Origin: Candidatus Pyrohabitans jungbluthii
Lineage (GTDB): Archaea; Hydrothermarchaeota; Hydrothermarchaeia; Hydrothermarchaeales; BMS3B
Assembly (NCBI GenBank): GCA_002010065.2
Contig: MTMD02000001.1
Coordinates: 32,001 to 96,000, forward strand
Direction: 5' to 3'
Length of the DNA: 64,000 bases
In this document: positions 1 through 10,299 of the stretch, one piece after another
How the letters are laid out: each line of letters starts with the position of its first letter
How positions within the stretch are numbered: position 1 is the stretch's first letter
The notes under the pieces: model-generated
What the model was told of the DNA's origin: nothing
Database searches by the model: none
What the model saw: the letters and a program-made list of their open reading frames with translations, nothing else
Program-made: the position numbers and the translations under genes

Positions 1-25
1 CCCGCCTTAAAGCGCTGAGGGGTGA

Positions 26-937
26 GTGATGCACATTTTATCTTTTCTTGACCTGAAAGACATAATAAATGAGGTCTTTGAGAGTGCTGCTCAGCTTAAG
101 GCAGAAGCCAGGCAGGGCGAGTTTAAGGAGCTTCTGAAGGGCAGGACACTGGCGATGATATTTGAAAAGGCGAGCACCCGCACCAGGGTGAGCTTTGAGG
201 TGGCGATGACCCAGCTGGGCGGGCATGCACTCTACCTCAGCCCCAAGGACATGCAGCTGGGCAGGGGCGAAACCATCGCCGACACCGCTCGCACATTAAG
301 CCGCTACGTGGATGCGATAATGATACGTGCCTATCGCCACGAGGATGTGGTTGAACTTGCGAGGCATGCGAGCGTGCCGGTAATAAACGGCTTAACCGAT
401 CTGGAGCACCCCTGCCAGGCGGCGAGCGACTTCTTCACCATGCGCGAGATTAAAGGCACGCTCAATGGTGTTAAACTCGCGTACGTGGGCGACGGAAACA
501 ACGTGTGCCATTCTTTATTACTCGGCTCCGCTTTGCTCGGCGTTAACTTCGTATGCGCCACTCCGCGAGGGTATGAGCCTGAGCCAGGCATAGTACAGCA
601 GGCAATTTCTCTGGCACAGGAGAGCGGCGCTAAAATTGAGATACTCAACGACCCTGCGGAAGCGGTGCGGGGGGCAGATTTTATATATACCGACGTGTGG
701 GTGAGCATGGGGCAGGAGAACGAGGCTGAGCAGCGCATGCGCGCCTTCCGTGGGTATCAGGTCAATTCGGAGCTGCTCAAACATGCGCCCGAGGCAAAGG
801 TGATGCACTGCCTGCCTGCGAAGCGGGGCTACGAGATAACCAATGAGGTAATAGACGGCGAGGCTTCCATAGTCTGGGAGCAGGCGGAGAACCGCCTGCA
901 CGTGCAGAAAGCCATCCTTGTCAAGCTTATGGGGTGA
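26..937 (+). CDS. argF: ornithine carbamoyltransferase
   Basis: FEKASTRTR carbamoyl-phosphate motif, HPCQ, DVWVSMG and HCLP motifs. Confidence 0.96.
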   Translation: MMHILSFLDLKDIINEVFESAAQLKAEARQGEFKELLKGRTLAMIFEKASTRTRVSFEVAMTQLGGHALYLSPKDMQLGRGETIADTARTLSRYVDAIMIRAYRHEDVVELARHASVPVINGLTDLEHPCQAASDFFTMREIKGTLNGVKLAYVGDGNNVCHSLLLGSALLGVNFVCATPRGYEPEPGIVQQAISLAQESGAKIEILNDPAEAVRGADFIYTDVWVSMGQENEAEQRMRAFRGYQVNSELLKHAPEAKVMHCLPAKRGYEITNEVIDGEASIVWEQAENRLHVQKAILVKLMG

Positions 938-940
938 ACC

Positions 941-1843
941 TCAAGAACCCTTTGCTTCCACCTTGTGGATTGCCCAGTAGACCAAAGCCAAGCTCAGAAG
1001 GAGCCCCGATATCGCCAGAATCTCAGTAATCTTCTCAGGGGAGATGGACAGAATGAGAACCTTGCGTATAACCGCCGCAAGAGCTACGCTCACAAACATC
1101 TTTAAGCTAAGTACACCTCCCCTCAGGCGTTTTATTTCCCCATCTAGAAGTTCGGATATGGCGTAGAGGATGAGCACAGAGCCCATAAGGCTCAGCACAC
1201 CTTTCTCAAGCAGCATCTCTCCATTAATAATCATGAACATCTCATACACAATCCAGTATACCAGAAATAGTCCTGAAACTAAAAGGGTAAGCACTATGAA
1301 GATGTCAAAACCGTAGGATATGCGCCTTATCCCCTCTATGAGGGTCCTCTGGTATTTCCCTAATGCCAGGTACAGCTTCAGCTCCTCTTCTCTGTAAGAG
1401 CTTAGCATTACATCCAGGTTCAAATCCAGGAGCTTTTCAACAGAGCTCATAACCTTATCTCTATTTTCAGAGCAGCCAAGCTCAAGTGTGAGCTTTTCCA
1501 GGATAAACCGCCTTATAAAATTCATTGTGGCCGTCATGTAGTGAGGAGGGAGCCCAATTTTGACATGTACCTCTCCAATCCTGTAGAGAGATTTAATATA
1601 TCCTGCATCGTATTCCCCAGAAAAAAGAATCTCAAACCAGTTTTTCAATTTCTCCCCATGCCTTTTCAACACTTTTTCATTTGGAATATACTTCTCCACA
1701 TCCCTAAATGTGGCAATATAACAATGAAGCTCCTGAACAAACTCTGTACTGTACTTTTTCCCGAAATCCCTCATCTTCCTGAGATTTTCCTCATCCTCCA
1801 CCCCCCAGTTGTAATAAGCCTTAAGCTCTTCAATGGTCTCCAT
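941..1843 (-). CDS. protoglobin/globin-coupled sensor domain fused to a PsiE-like membrane domain
   Basis: N-terminal globin-sensor-like sequence (WFEILFSGEYD...IGEVHVKIGL); C-terminal 4-TM region with FVSVALAAVIRKVL. Confidence 0.75.
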   Translation of the reverse strand: METIEELKAYYNWGVEDEENLRKMRDFGKKYSTEFVQELHCYIATFRDVEKYIPNEKVLKRHGEKLKNWFEILFSGEYDAGYIKSLYRIGEVHVKIGLPPHYMTATMNFIRRFILEKLTLELGCSENRDKVMSSVEKLLDLNLDVMLSSYREEELKLYLALGKYQRTLIEGIRRISYGFDIFIVLTLLVSGLFLVYWIVYEMFMIINGEMLLEKGVLSLMGSVLILYAISELLDGEIKRLRGGVLSLKMFVSVALAAVIRKVLILSISPEKITEILAISGLLLSLALVYWAIHKVEAKGS

Positions 1844-1992
1844 ACAGATAATTTAATATGATTGTAAATAAACCTTGTTGCCAAAAGCTTCGCACCTAAA
1901 TTTGCACCTGCACATGCAGAAGAAGATTCTGATTAAGCTTATTGATAACTGCGATACATATTTAAGCACCGAGTTTTAACCAGAATTGTGGT

Positions 1993-2724
1993 ATGAGCAG
2001 ATTAAGAATTCTCAGCTCAGGAGAGTGGGACCTGCTCGCTGTGGTGGCTGCGAGCTTAATAGGTATAGTCGCCCATGTGCTGAACCTGATTCCAGAGGGC
2101 TACATTATATCCCTCATACTCCTGCTTCTAGCACTGCACGCTCTGCATGAGATTGGGCACGACATGAAGTTCGACGAGGCGAATGCAGCAATTCTCAGCA
2201 TAGAGAGGAGGCTCACGGGCTTAGAGCCAGAGGTTAAGGTGATCACAAGAGACCACTTCAAGCACGGAGAGGCGCTTGCCAGGAGAAACAGGGGTACCTT
2301 CGTGTGGTTCAACACCCCCATGACGGTTATGCGCTCCCAAGAAGCATTTGACCTGATGCTGAAGCCTGCGATAGAGAGCAGAGCCACAAAGAGGGTGGAG
2401 TTCATCCTTAATCCAGAACAGAAGGACTTCTTTGACAGGGAGGTGTGGCCGAAGATACAGGCATGCCGGGGCAGGGAAAAGGTTTCCTACCCAGCGTTTG
2501 TTCCCATAAAGGAGAATTTTGCATTTAAGATGATTGACGCCAGCGAGACGGAGGAGGCAAAGGAGTTCCACCTGACCTTTCTCGATAGCCCCTTTACCAT
2601 AACCAGGGAGGGGGAAAACGGCAGCACAGTCGTGCACCCGAAAATAATCTTCCATGTGTTGCCCAAGAGTGAGCTTTCAAAGGAGCTTAAGGAGGTTTAT
2701 CTGCACTACTCAACTGCCGTGTAG
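1993..2724 (+). CDS. hypothetical membrane-anchored protein (2 N-terminal TM helices)
   Basis: 243-aa ORF with hydrophobic N-terminus and soluble C-terminal domain. Confidence 0.65.
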   Translation: MSRLRILSSGEWDLLAVVAASLIGIVAHVLNLIPEGYIISLILLLLALHALHEIGHDMKFDEANAAILSIERRLTGLEPEVKVITRDHFKHGEALARRNRGTFVWFNTPMTVMRSQEAFDLMLKPAIESRATKRVEFILNPEQKDFFDREVWPKIQACRGREKVSYPAFVPIKENFAFKMIDASETEEAKEFHLTFLDSPFTITREGENGSTVVHPKIIFHVLPKSELSKELKEVYLHYSTAV

Positions 2725-2726
2725 CG

Positions 2727-2990
2727 TTATAGCAGGCGATGCACCTCTGTAATCTCAACTTCGCCCACATCTGGAATGGAGCGGAGCGCTTTCTCAATGT
2801 TGTCGGCTGCGCCCTCTGCATCAGCCACCACAAACTTGGCAACTATCGCAACCAGACCAAAGGCAATAGGCTCCTTCTCAGCGGAGTTGAATCTCGCCTC
2901 CTTTATACCCTTCACCTTCTCCAGAAGTTCGTCTATATTAACCTCTACACTCTTCGGCATTATCTTTGCAGTAACCAGAACCTCAGCCAT
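2727..2990 (-). CDS. ef1b: translation elongation factor aEF-1beta
   Basis: KIMPKSVEVN...EPIAFGL motif, 87 aa. Confidence 0.93.
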   Translation of the reverse strand: MAEVLVTAKIMPKSVEVNIDELLEKVKGIKEARFNSAEKEPIAFGLVAIVAKFVVADAEGAADNIEKALRSIPDVGEVEITEVHRLL

Positions 2991-2999
2991 AATTTCACC

Positions 3000-3161
3000 T
3001 CATGGACCTTCAAAGCCGCACTCACAGCGATACCTTCGCCCGAGTTTGCGGCAGCGTTCACATCTTACAATCAAAGCTTCGCACTCCGGGCATGGAAACT
3101 TTACGCTGCCTCCACCCACTTTAATGTAAGCTCCGCAGGATATGCAGGTTAATTCTTCCAT
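3000..3161 (-). CDS. small Zn-ribbon protein (DUF1610/COG2888 type), absent from ORF track
   Basis: Manual translation MEELTCISCGAYIKVGGGSVKFPCPECEALIVRCERCRKLGRRYRCECGFEGP; GGAGGT RBS; this family normally lies upstream of aEF-1beta. Confidence 0.9.
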   Translation of the reverse strand: MEELTCISCGAYIKVGGGSVKFPCPECEALIVRCERCRKLGRRYRCECGFEGP

Positions 3162-3236
3162 AACATACCTCCGTTAGTTAATGAGATGTAAAAGCCTTCC
3201 TTTTCAAGCGAGGTAACAAGGGAAAATATTACTAGG

Positions 3237-4532
3237 CTACGCTTTGACTGTCACGCTTCCCTCTGGCACAATCTTGGCGAGTTCCTCAAAAAACTTCGGG
3301 AAGGATATGGAGGCGCACTCTACGCCATGCACAACACTTCTACCCCTCGCGGCAAGGGCTGCGATGCTCAGCGCCATCGCAAGACGATGGTCGCCGTGGC
3401 TGCTTACCTCAGCACCGCGCAAATTGGCTGTGCCTTTTATCTCCATGCCGTCTCTGCGCTCTTTTATCTCCGCGCCAAACTTCGCAAACTCTCGTGAGCA
3501 GGTTGCGATGCGGTCACTCTCCTTGTAGCGGGCGTGCTCCACATTCTTTATCACAGTCTTTCCCTCCGCCTTAACCGCAAGCGCAACCATGGTTGGGAGC
3601 AGGTCAGGAGTATCTCCCAGGTCAACCTCAATGCCGCTGAGCTCACCGTCCCCGCGAACTCTAACCCAGCCCTTCCCCGACTCTACACTAGCGCCCATCT
3701 CGCGCAGAATCTCAAGTATAGCTCTGTCACCCTGCTTTGAGCGAGAGTTGAGGTTCTCCACTGTAACCTCACCTCCAGTTAGTGCGGCAAGGGCTAAGAA
3801 GTAGGAAGCCGAGGAGTAGTCTCCCTCCACCGCATAGCTTCTTCCCTGGTAAATTTTACCAGCGGTAACCCGGAAGCTTTCATAGCTGTGATTCTCAACC
3901 TCCGCGCCAAAGGTGCGCATAATCTCCAGGGTTATGTCCACATAGGGCTTCGACTTCAGGGGCGAGGTTAGCACAACCTCAACATCGCTCTCTGCGTAAG
4001 GCGCAACTATTAGCAGAGAGGAGATGAACTGCGAGCTAACGTCGCCGCGAATCTTCGCAACTCCTCCGCGCAGCGAACCGCCTTTAATCTTCACAGGCGG
4101 GCACCCGTTGTCCAGCATGCTTTCACCACGCACGCCAAGCATCGAGAGCGCATCTAAGAGTGGCTGAACAGGGCGGCGGCGAAGCGAGGCGTCGCCGGTA
4201 AGAACAACCTCGCCATCAAGCGAAGCAACGCCCGTGAGCAGGCGCAGCGTAGTGCCAGAATTTTTGCAGTCGACCTCCTTCGCAGGAGTTGCCAACCTGC
4301 CCTCGCTTCCCTTCACGATGGCTACTCCCTCATTCTTCTCCTCTACGCTCACCCCGAAGCTCCTCAACCCTGCGATAGTTGCCAGGGTATCTTCAGATAC
4401 GAGATAATCAGATATCCTAGAGCTACCTCGCGCTAACCCGGCTACGACGAAAGCGCGGTGGGTATAGCTCTTTGAAGGCGGAGCGACAACGCTTCCATGC
4501 ACCTTTTCTACGCCCTTGATTACCGCTTTCAT
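3237..4532 (-). CDS. aroA: 3-phosphoshikimate 1-carboxyvinyltransferase
   Basis: PPSKSYTHR, NSGTTLR, SSQFISS, KESDR and DHRLAM motifs. Confidence 0.96.
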   Translation of the reverse strand: MKAVIKGVEKVHGSVVAPPSKSYTHRAFVVAGLARGSSRISDYLVSEDTLATIAGLRSFGVSVEEKNEGVAIVKGSEGRLATPAKEVDCKNSGTTLRLLTGVASLDGEVVLTGDASLRRRPVQPLLDALSMLGVRGESMLDNGCPPVKIKGGSLRGGVAKIRGDVSSQFISSLLIVAPYAESDVEVVLTSPLKSKPYVDITLEIMRTFGAEVENHSYESFRVTAGKIYQGRSYAVEGDYSSASYFLALAALTGGEVTVENLNSRSKQGDRAILEILREMGASVESGKGWVRVRGDGELSGIEVDLGDTPDLLPTMVALAVKAEGKTVIKNVEHARYKESDRIATCSREFAKFGAEIKERRDGMEIKGTANLRGAEVSSHGDHRLAMALSIAALAARGRSVVHGVECASISFPKFFEELAKIVPEGSVTVKA

Positions 4533-4600
4533 AGCAGCACCGCTATGATTATATACCTTCGAAGGATAATATCTTTCCGGTATTAAAACCTAGGGGTTGA

Positions 4601-4885
4601 ATGATGCTCGAAAACCTTAGGAGTGAGATTGAACTTCTGCGCAGGCATGTGAAGGTCCTCCGGATGGTGAAGCAGCACGAGCCTGTGGGTATAATAAAGC
4701 TCTCTGAGCTGAGCGGCATACCCCAGCACAAGGTTCGCTACTCCCTGCGCGTTCTGGAGCAGAAGGGGATAATAAAGCCCTCGCCACAGGGGGCGGTGAC
4801 CACGCGCAAGGCACAGAGTTTTCTCAAATCTCTCCCTGAGGAGATAAAGAGGCTGAAGAAAGAGCTGGATTCGTGCCTTGAATAG
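4601..4885 (+). CDS. small winged-helix transcriptional regulator (COG3388-like)
   Basis: PVGIIKLSE...HKVRYSLRVLEQKGIIKPSPQGA. Confidence 0.8.
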   Translation: MMLENLRSEIELLRRHVKVLRMVKQHEPVGIIKLSELSGIPQHKVRYSLRVLEQKGIIKPSPQGAVTTRKAQSFLKSLPEEIKRLKKELDSCLE

Positions 4886-5359
4886 CTACTCCTCTTCTTC
4901 CCCTTCTTCGAAGTTTATCTTGTACTCCTCTTTTGAGACCGACGCAGTCTCCATCACCTTGTCTGAGACGTAAACCGGTGCACCTGTACGCACCGCTAAA
5001 GCTATGCTGTCGCTGGGGCGGGCGTCGAACTCAAACTCATTGCCGTTCGACCTTACGATAAGCCTGGCAAAGAACACACCCTCGCTCAGGTCGTCTATGA
5101 GCACGCGCTCAATTTTGGAGTTGAGCCCCTCGAGGATGTTAACAAGCAGGTCATGGGTAAGCGGACGCGGATAGGGCACATTCTCAAGAGCAGTCTGAAT
5201 TGAAAAAGCTTCAGCCGCACCGATGTATATCGGGAGAACCTCCCCACGGTCATTCTCAAGAAAAACCACCGGCGTTACGCCCTCTGGCACGGGAGACATG
5301 AATACCCCCACAACGCGAACGCGCTGAAAACCTTCAATCTTTTCCTCAACTTTTTCCAT
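4886..5359 (-). CDS. bifunctional nuclease family protein (DUF151)
   Basis: LPIYIGAAEA, RPLTHDL and DARPSDSIALA motifs. Confidence 0.92.
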   Translation of the reverse strand: MEKVEEKIEGFQRVRVVGVFMSPVPEGVTPVVFLENDRGEVLPIYIGAAEAFSIQTALENVPYPRPLTHDLLVNILEGLNSKIERVLIDDLSEGVFFARLIVRSNGNEFEFDARPSDSIALAVRTGAPVYVSDKVMETASVSKEEYKINFEEGEEEE

Positions 5360-5430
5360 AAGAGTCCCCTAGTTAATTTTACAAGGTTTTAGCTTATTAA
5401 CGTTTTGCATAAAATCGGAGGTTGTGCTGA

Positions 5431-6402
<972 letters not shown>

Positions 6403-6407
6403 TAGCT

Positions 6408-7022
6408 ATGGAGGTAATAGCCAAGGGCGCGGAAGCCAATCTATACCTGGAGGACAACATTGTTATCAAGGAGAGGATACGTAAGGAGTATCGTATCAGG
6501 GAAATAGACGAAGCCCTGCGCACCACGCGCACAAAGCGTGAGGCAAAGCTGCTCTCTCTCGCGAGGCGTGCAGGCGTGCCAACGCCTGTGGTGCTGGATG
6601 TAGACAACAGAAGCAAGTGCATAACCATGAGCTACGTAGAAGGGGAGAAGGTTAAGTACATCGTTGAAAAGCTGAGCCAGGAGGAGCTTAAAAGGCTGTT
6701 TTCTGAAATCGGCTCGCTTGCGGCAAAGCTGCACCGCGCCAACATTATCCACGGCGACTTAACCACGTCGAACATGCTGCTTTCGCAGGGCAGGGTTTTC
6801 TTCATAGACTTTGGACTGGGCGAGGTGAACCCCAGCTTGGAAGCCAAGGGCACAGATCTTCTCGTTTTCAGGAAGTCGGTGCGCTCCACGCATTTTAGGC
6901 GTGAGAAGGAGATCCTCGAAGCGTTCTTCTCAGGCTACAGAAGTGAGTATCCTGAAGGCGAGGAGGTTATAGAGAGGATGAAGCGCATAGAAAAGAGAGG
7001 GAGGTATATCTCTGCCCGTTGA
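6408..7022 (+). CDS. bud32: KEOPS kinase Bud32 (alternative start 6393)
   Basis: KGAEA, HGDLTTSN and IDFGL motifs; follows kae1; ATG at 6408 has a GGAGGT RBS. Confidence 0.93.
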   Translation: MEVIAKGAEANLYLEDNIVIKERIRKEYRIREIDEALRTTRTKREAKLLSLARRAGVPTPVVLDVDNRSKCITMSYVEGEKVKYIVEKLSQEELKRLFSEIGSLAAKLHRANIIHGDLTTSNMLLSQGRVFFIDFGLGEVNPSLEAKGTDLLVFRKSVRSTHFRREKEILEAFFSGYRSEYPEGEEVIERMKRIEKRGRYISAR

Positions 7023-7563
7023 GCTTGCGTTTGTAACCAGCAATGAACACAAGTTTAGCGAAGCTGAGGAGATTTTAAAAGGCGTGGCAAGGCTTCGGTG
7101 GAGGCAAGAGAGCTACCGCGAGGTTCAAGCAGAGACGCTTGAAGAGGTGGTAAAGGAGGCGCTCACGGAAATACCCGGCGACAACTTCTTTATTGAGGAT
7201 GCAGGTTTATTCATCCCTGCGCTCAACGGTTTCCCCGGGGTTTACTCCGCCTACGTTTTTAAAACCATTGGAAACGAGGGCATTCTGAGGCTGCTTAAAG
7301 GTGCGGATAACCGGGAGGCAAGCTTCCGGAGCGTCGTGGGGCTAAAGCTTAGAGGCGAGGTGAAGCTCTTCACCGGCGAGGTTCGCGGAAGGATAGCCCT
7401 TGAAGCGAAGGGCAGCGAGGGCTTTGGCTACGATCCTATTTTTATCCCCGGAGGCTACGACAGAACCTTCGCAGAGGATACCCGGCTCAAGCAGAGGGTT
7501 TCGCATCGAAGGCGGGCATTGGAGAAGCTGGCAGCGTACCTGCGAACTACCCACCACTTCTGA
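7012..7563 (+). CDS. rdgB: non-canonical purine NTP pyrophosphatase (RdgB/HAM1); probable CTG start
   Basis: EDAGL, GFPGVYS, GFGYDPIF and SHR motifs; the conserved FVTSNEHK lies in frame upstream of the ORF-track start at 7084. Confidence 0.88.
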   Translation: MPVELAFVTSNEHKFSEAEEILKGVARLRWRQESYREVQAETLEEVVKEALTEIPGDNFFIEDAGLFIPALNGFPGVYSAYVFKTIGNEGILRLLKGADNREASFRSVVGLKLRGEVKLFTGEVRGRIALEAKGSEGFGYDPIFIPGGYDRTFAEDTRLKQRVSHRRRALEKLAAYLRTTHHF

Positions 7564-7909
7564 AGCTCTCTATTGCAGCGGTGAGATTTTTCGACAGTAT
7601 GCTCACATTCTCAGAGGCGTTGCTCTCAGGGGTTATCTTTTTTATTATGCCTGCCACCGCCTTAAATTTGCTCGCCAGTTTTTCCAGCGCCTCGGATACA
7701 TTCTGCCTGTAGCTTTGCTCCGCCTCTTGGGCGCGCAGCGAATACTGCTCTCCGCTGATCTCGCCCTGAATCCGCGCCCTGAGAAGCTCTGACTGAGTGT
7801 CCACCATTTTGCTTGTGGAGCTCGTTATTGTATACACAACACCGGCGAATAGTGCTGCGATGCCTATAGCAAGAGCCAAATAAGATTTTCCCAGCATGCT
7901 TCCCCTCAC
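7547..7909 (-). CDS. hypothetical protein with one N-terminal TM helix
   Basis: 120-aa ORF, hydrophobic N-terminus then helical region; fills the gap before cooS. Confidence 0.55.
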   Translation of the reverse strand: MRGSMLGKSYLALAIGIAALFAGVVYTITSSTSKMVDTQSELLRARIQGEISGEQYSLRAQEAEQSYRQNVSEALEKLASKFKAVAGIIKKITPESNASENVSILSKNLTAAIESFRSGG

Positions 7910-8164
7910 AGGCCTGGCCTATAACAATATTTCGTATTATCTTTGTGGTAGGTAATATTAAAAGGTTAGCAAGCACGCTAGGGGGTTCAATTCTGAATCT
8001 ATGATTGCATGGGGTGATAAGAACCTTCGGTCAAAACCCTTCGGGTTTTCCCTCACCACTTCGACGGCGAGGGTAACGCTGATGGTTCATATGTGGTGAA
8101 CATTTTCGGGAAAAAGAATATCTATCATTATAAATAATGACGGTTTCTCAACGGAGGTGTTTAA

Positions 8165-10039
8165 ATGGAAAAGCCAAGTGTGCATGAGACTATAAACGAG
8201 ATGTATCAGAAGGTTAGAGAAGAGGGTATCTCCAACGTGGCTGACCGCTACGAAGCCCAGAGCAAGAAGTGTACCTTCTGTGTTCGTGGGCTTAGCTGTC
8301 AGCTTTGCAGCATGGGACCTTGCAGAATAACTGAGCAGGCTCCTTATGGTGCATGCGGCATCGACGCAAATGGAATAGCCATGCGTAACATGCTCCACAG
8401 GAACATAATGGGCACCGCAGCTTATTCCTATCATGCGGTTGAGGCGGCAAAGACGCTTAAGGCAACAGCCCTAGGCAAGACCCCCTTCAAAATAAACGCG
8501 CCTGAGAAACTCATAGCCTTTGCTCAGGCTCTGGGCATCGAGACAGAGGGCAGGGATATAAACGATGTGGCGGTGGATGTGGCTGACTTTGTTATCGCCG
8601 ATTTAAATCGAGACGCGGACGAGCCCAGCAAGCTTGTGGAAATCTTTGCCCCGGAGCAGAGGAAGAAGCTCTGGAAGGAACTGGGAATCTTCCCGGGCGG
8701 TGTGCTCCACGAGATAATGGTGAACGCAGCCTCAAGCATGACCAACGTGGACAGCAATTACGTCTCCCTGGCTCTTAAAGCGATGAGGATGGGCATAGCC
8801 ACGGCGTTTCAGGCACAGCTCAGCCTTGAGATTATTCAGGACGTGCTCTTTGGCGTACCAAAGCCCCATAAGGGCTACGTCGACCTGGGCATCATAGACC
8901 CGGAGTATGTGAACATCGCTGTAAACGGGCACGAGCCCTTTGTGGGCGCTGCCCTGATTGAGCTCGCCAAAAGCGAGGAGGTGCAGGCAAAAGCAAGGGA
9001 AGCAGGAGCAAAGGGTTTGAAGATAGTGGGCTCCATCGAGACTGGGCAGGAGCTTCTGCAGCGCTACAACGTGGATGACGTGTTTGTGGGCTTGACGGGC
9101 AACTGGATAACCCAGGAGTACGTCCTTGCCACTGGAGCAATAGATGTCTTCGCAATGGACATGAACTGCTCCCTGCCGAACCTGGCTGACTACGCTGAAA
9201 AGTACGGCGTTACGCTTGTGCCGGTGTCCAAGCTGGTGAGAATGAGAGGCGTTGACAAGGGCTTGGACTATAAACCAGAGCTGGTAAAGGAGCAGGCTGA
9301 GGAGCTCATCAACATAGCTATTGAGAACTTCAAAAAGAGGAAGGGCAAGCCCACAAGGGTGCCAAAGCGCAAGCAGGAAGCCATAGTCGGCTTCTCCATA
9401 GAGAGCATCCTCGATGCACTGGGTGGAAGCCTTGACCCGCTGCTGGAAGCCATAAAGAGTGGAGATATTAAGGGCGTCGTTGCCCTGGTGAGCTGCACAA
9501 CACTGAGGAACGGACCCCACGATGAGAACACAGTTACAATAGCAAAAGAGCTGATAAAAAGGGACATACTGGTGCTCAGCATGGGCTGCGGCAACGCCGC
9601 AGTGCAGGTCGCAGGCTTAACCAGCTTAGAGGCTCAGGAGCTCGCGGGTGAGAGACTCAAAAAGGTGCTCAAGGCGCTGAACATCCCGCCAGTGCTCAGC
9701 TTCGGCACGTGCACAGACACCGGCAGGTTGGCGCAGCTTGTCACAGCCCTCGCCAACGCCCTCGGCGTAGACACAGCGCAGCTACCCATAGCGGCAACAG
9801 CGCCAGAGTACATGGAGCAGAAAGCTACAATAGACGCCATCTTCGCTGTCGCTCTCGGAGTTTATACCCACGTCGCCCCGCTGCCCCCTGTAACCGGCGC
9901 TCCCGAGCTTGTGAAGCTTCTAACTGAAGACGTGGAGAGCATCACCGGCGGTAAGCTTGCGCCAGAGTGCGACCCCATTGAAGCTGTGGACTGGATCGAG
10001 AAGCACATAATGAAGCGCAGAGAGGAGCTGGGCATTTAA
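8165..10039 (+). CDS. cooS: anaerobic CO dehydrogenase (CooS/prismane superfamily) with divergent C-cluster ligands
   Basis: CxxC...CQLCSMGPC...CG, NGHEP, DMNC, VSCTT, GCG, GTCTD and EQKA motifs; GGAGGTG RBS. Confidence 0.9.
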   Translation: MEKPSVHETINEMYQKVREEGISNVADRYEAQSKKCTFCVRGLSCQLCSMGPCRITEQAPYGACGIDANGIAMRNMLHRNIMGTAAYSYHAVEAAKTLKATALGKTPFKINAPEKLIAFAQALGIETEGRDINDVAVDVADFVIADLNRDADEPSKLVEIFAPEQRKKLWKELGIFPGGVLHEIMVNAASSMTNVDSNYVSLALKAMRMGIATAFQAQLSLEIIQDVLFGVPKPHKGYVDLGIIDPEYVNIAVNGHEPFVGAALIELAKSEEVQAKAREAGAKGLKIVGSIETGQELLQRYNVDDVFVGLTGNWITQEYVLATGAIDVFAMDMNCSLPNLADYAEKYGVTLVPVSKLVRMRGVDKGLDYKPELVKEQAEELINIAIENFKKRKGKPTRVPKRKQEAIVGFSIESILDALGGSLDPLLEAIKSGDIKGVVALVSCTTLRNGPHDENTVTIAKELIKRDILVLSMGCGNAAVQVAGLTSLEAQELAGERLKKVLKALNIPPVLSFGTCTDTGRLAQLVTALANALGVDTAQLPIAATAPEYMEQKATIDAIFAVALGVYTHVAPLPPVTGAPELVKLLTEDVESITGGKLAPECDPIEAVDWIEKHIMKRREELGI

Positions 10040-10062
10040 GTGCCCTCCCCTTTTTTATTTTA
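10040..10062 (+). terminator. pyrimidine/T-rich archaeal-type terminator after cooS
   Basis: CCCTCCCCTTTTTTATTTT directly after the stop codon. Confidence 0.5.
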
Positions 10063-10299
10063 TTAAGTCAGGTGGTAGGATTTTTCTCTTCGAATTAAAT
10101 TTCTTCTGAATCAGTATTCAACTCAAAATCAGCCTCTTAAAATAGTCAATTGGTACATCGGTGTCAGTTTCATTGCTTTTCAGCCTTAGATTTTCTTCAG
10201 GTTTTTTATCGCCTTGCTCAGGGGGAGAATTAATAACTTAAATTCTACAATATTATGGTTTATACTAGCAACCTCAAGGGGCGCACTGGAGGTTTTAGA

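Noticed and set aside
7919-7961. attC-like site (CTATAAC...GTTAGC)
   Set aside because: The inner arms pair poorly, no integrase is present, and it coincides with the AT-rich promoter region of the adjacent gene.
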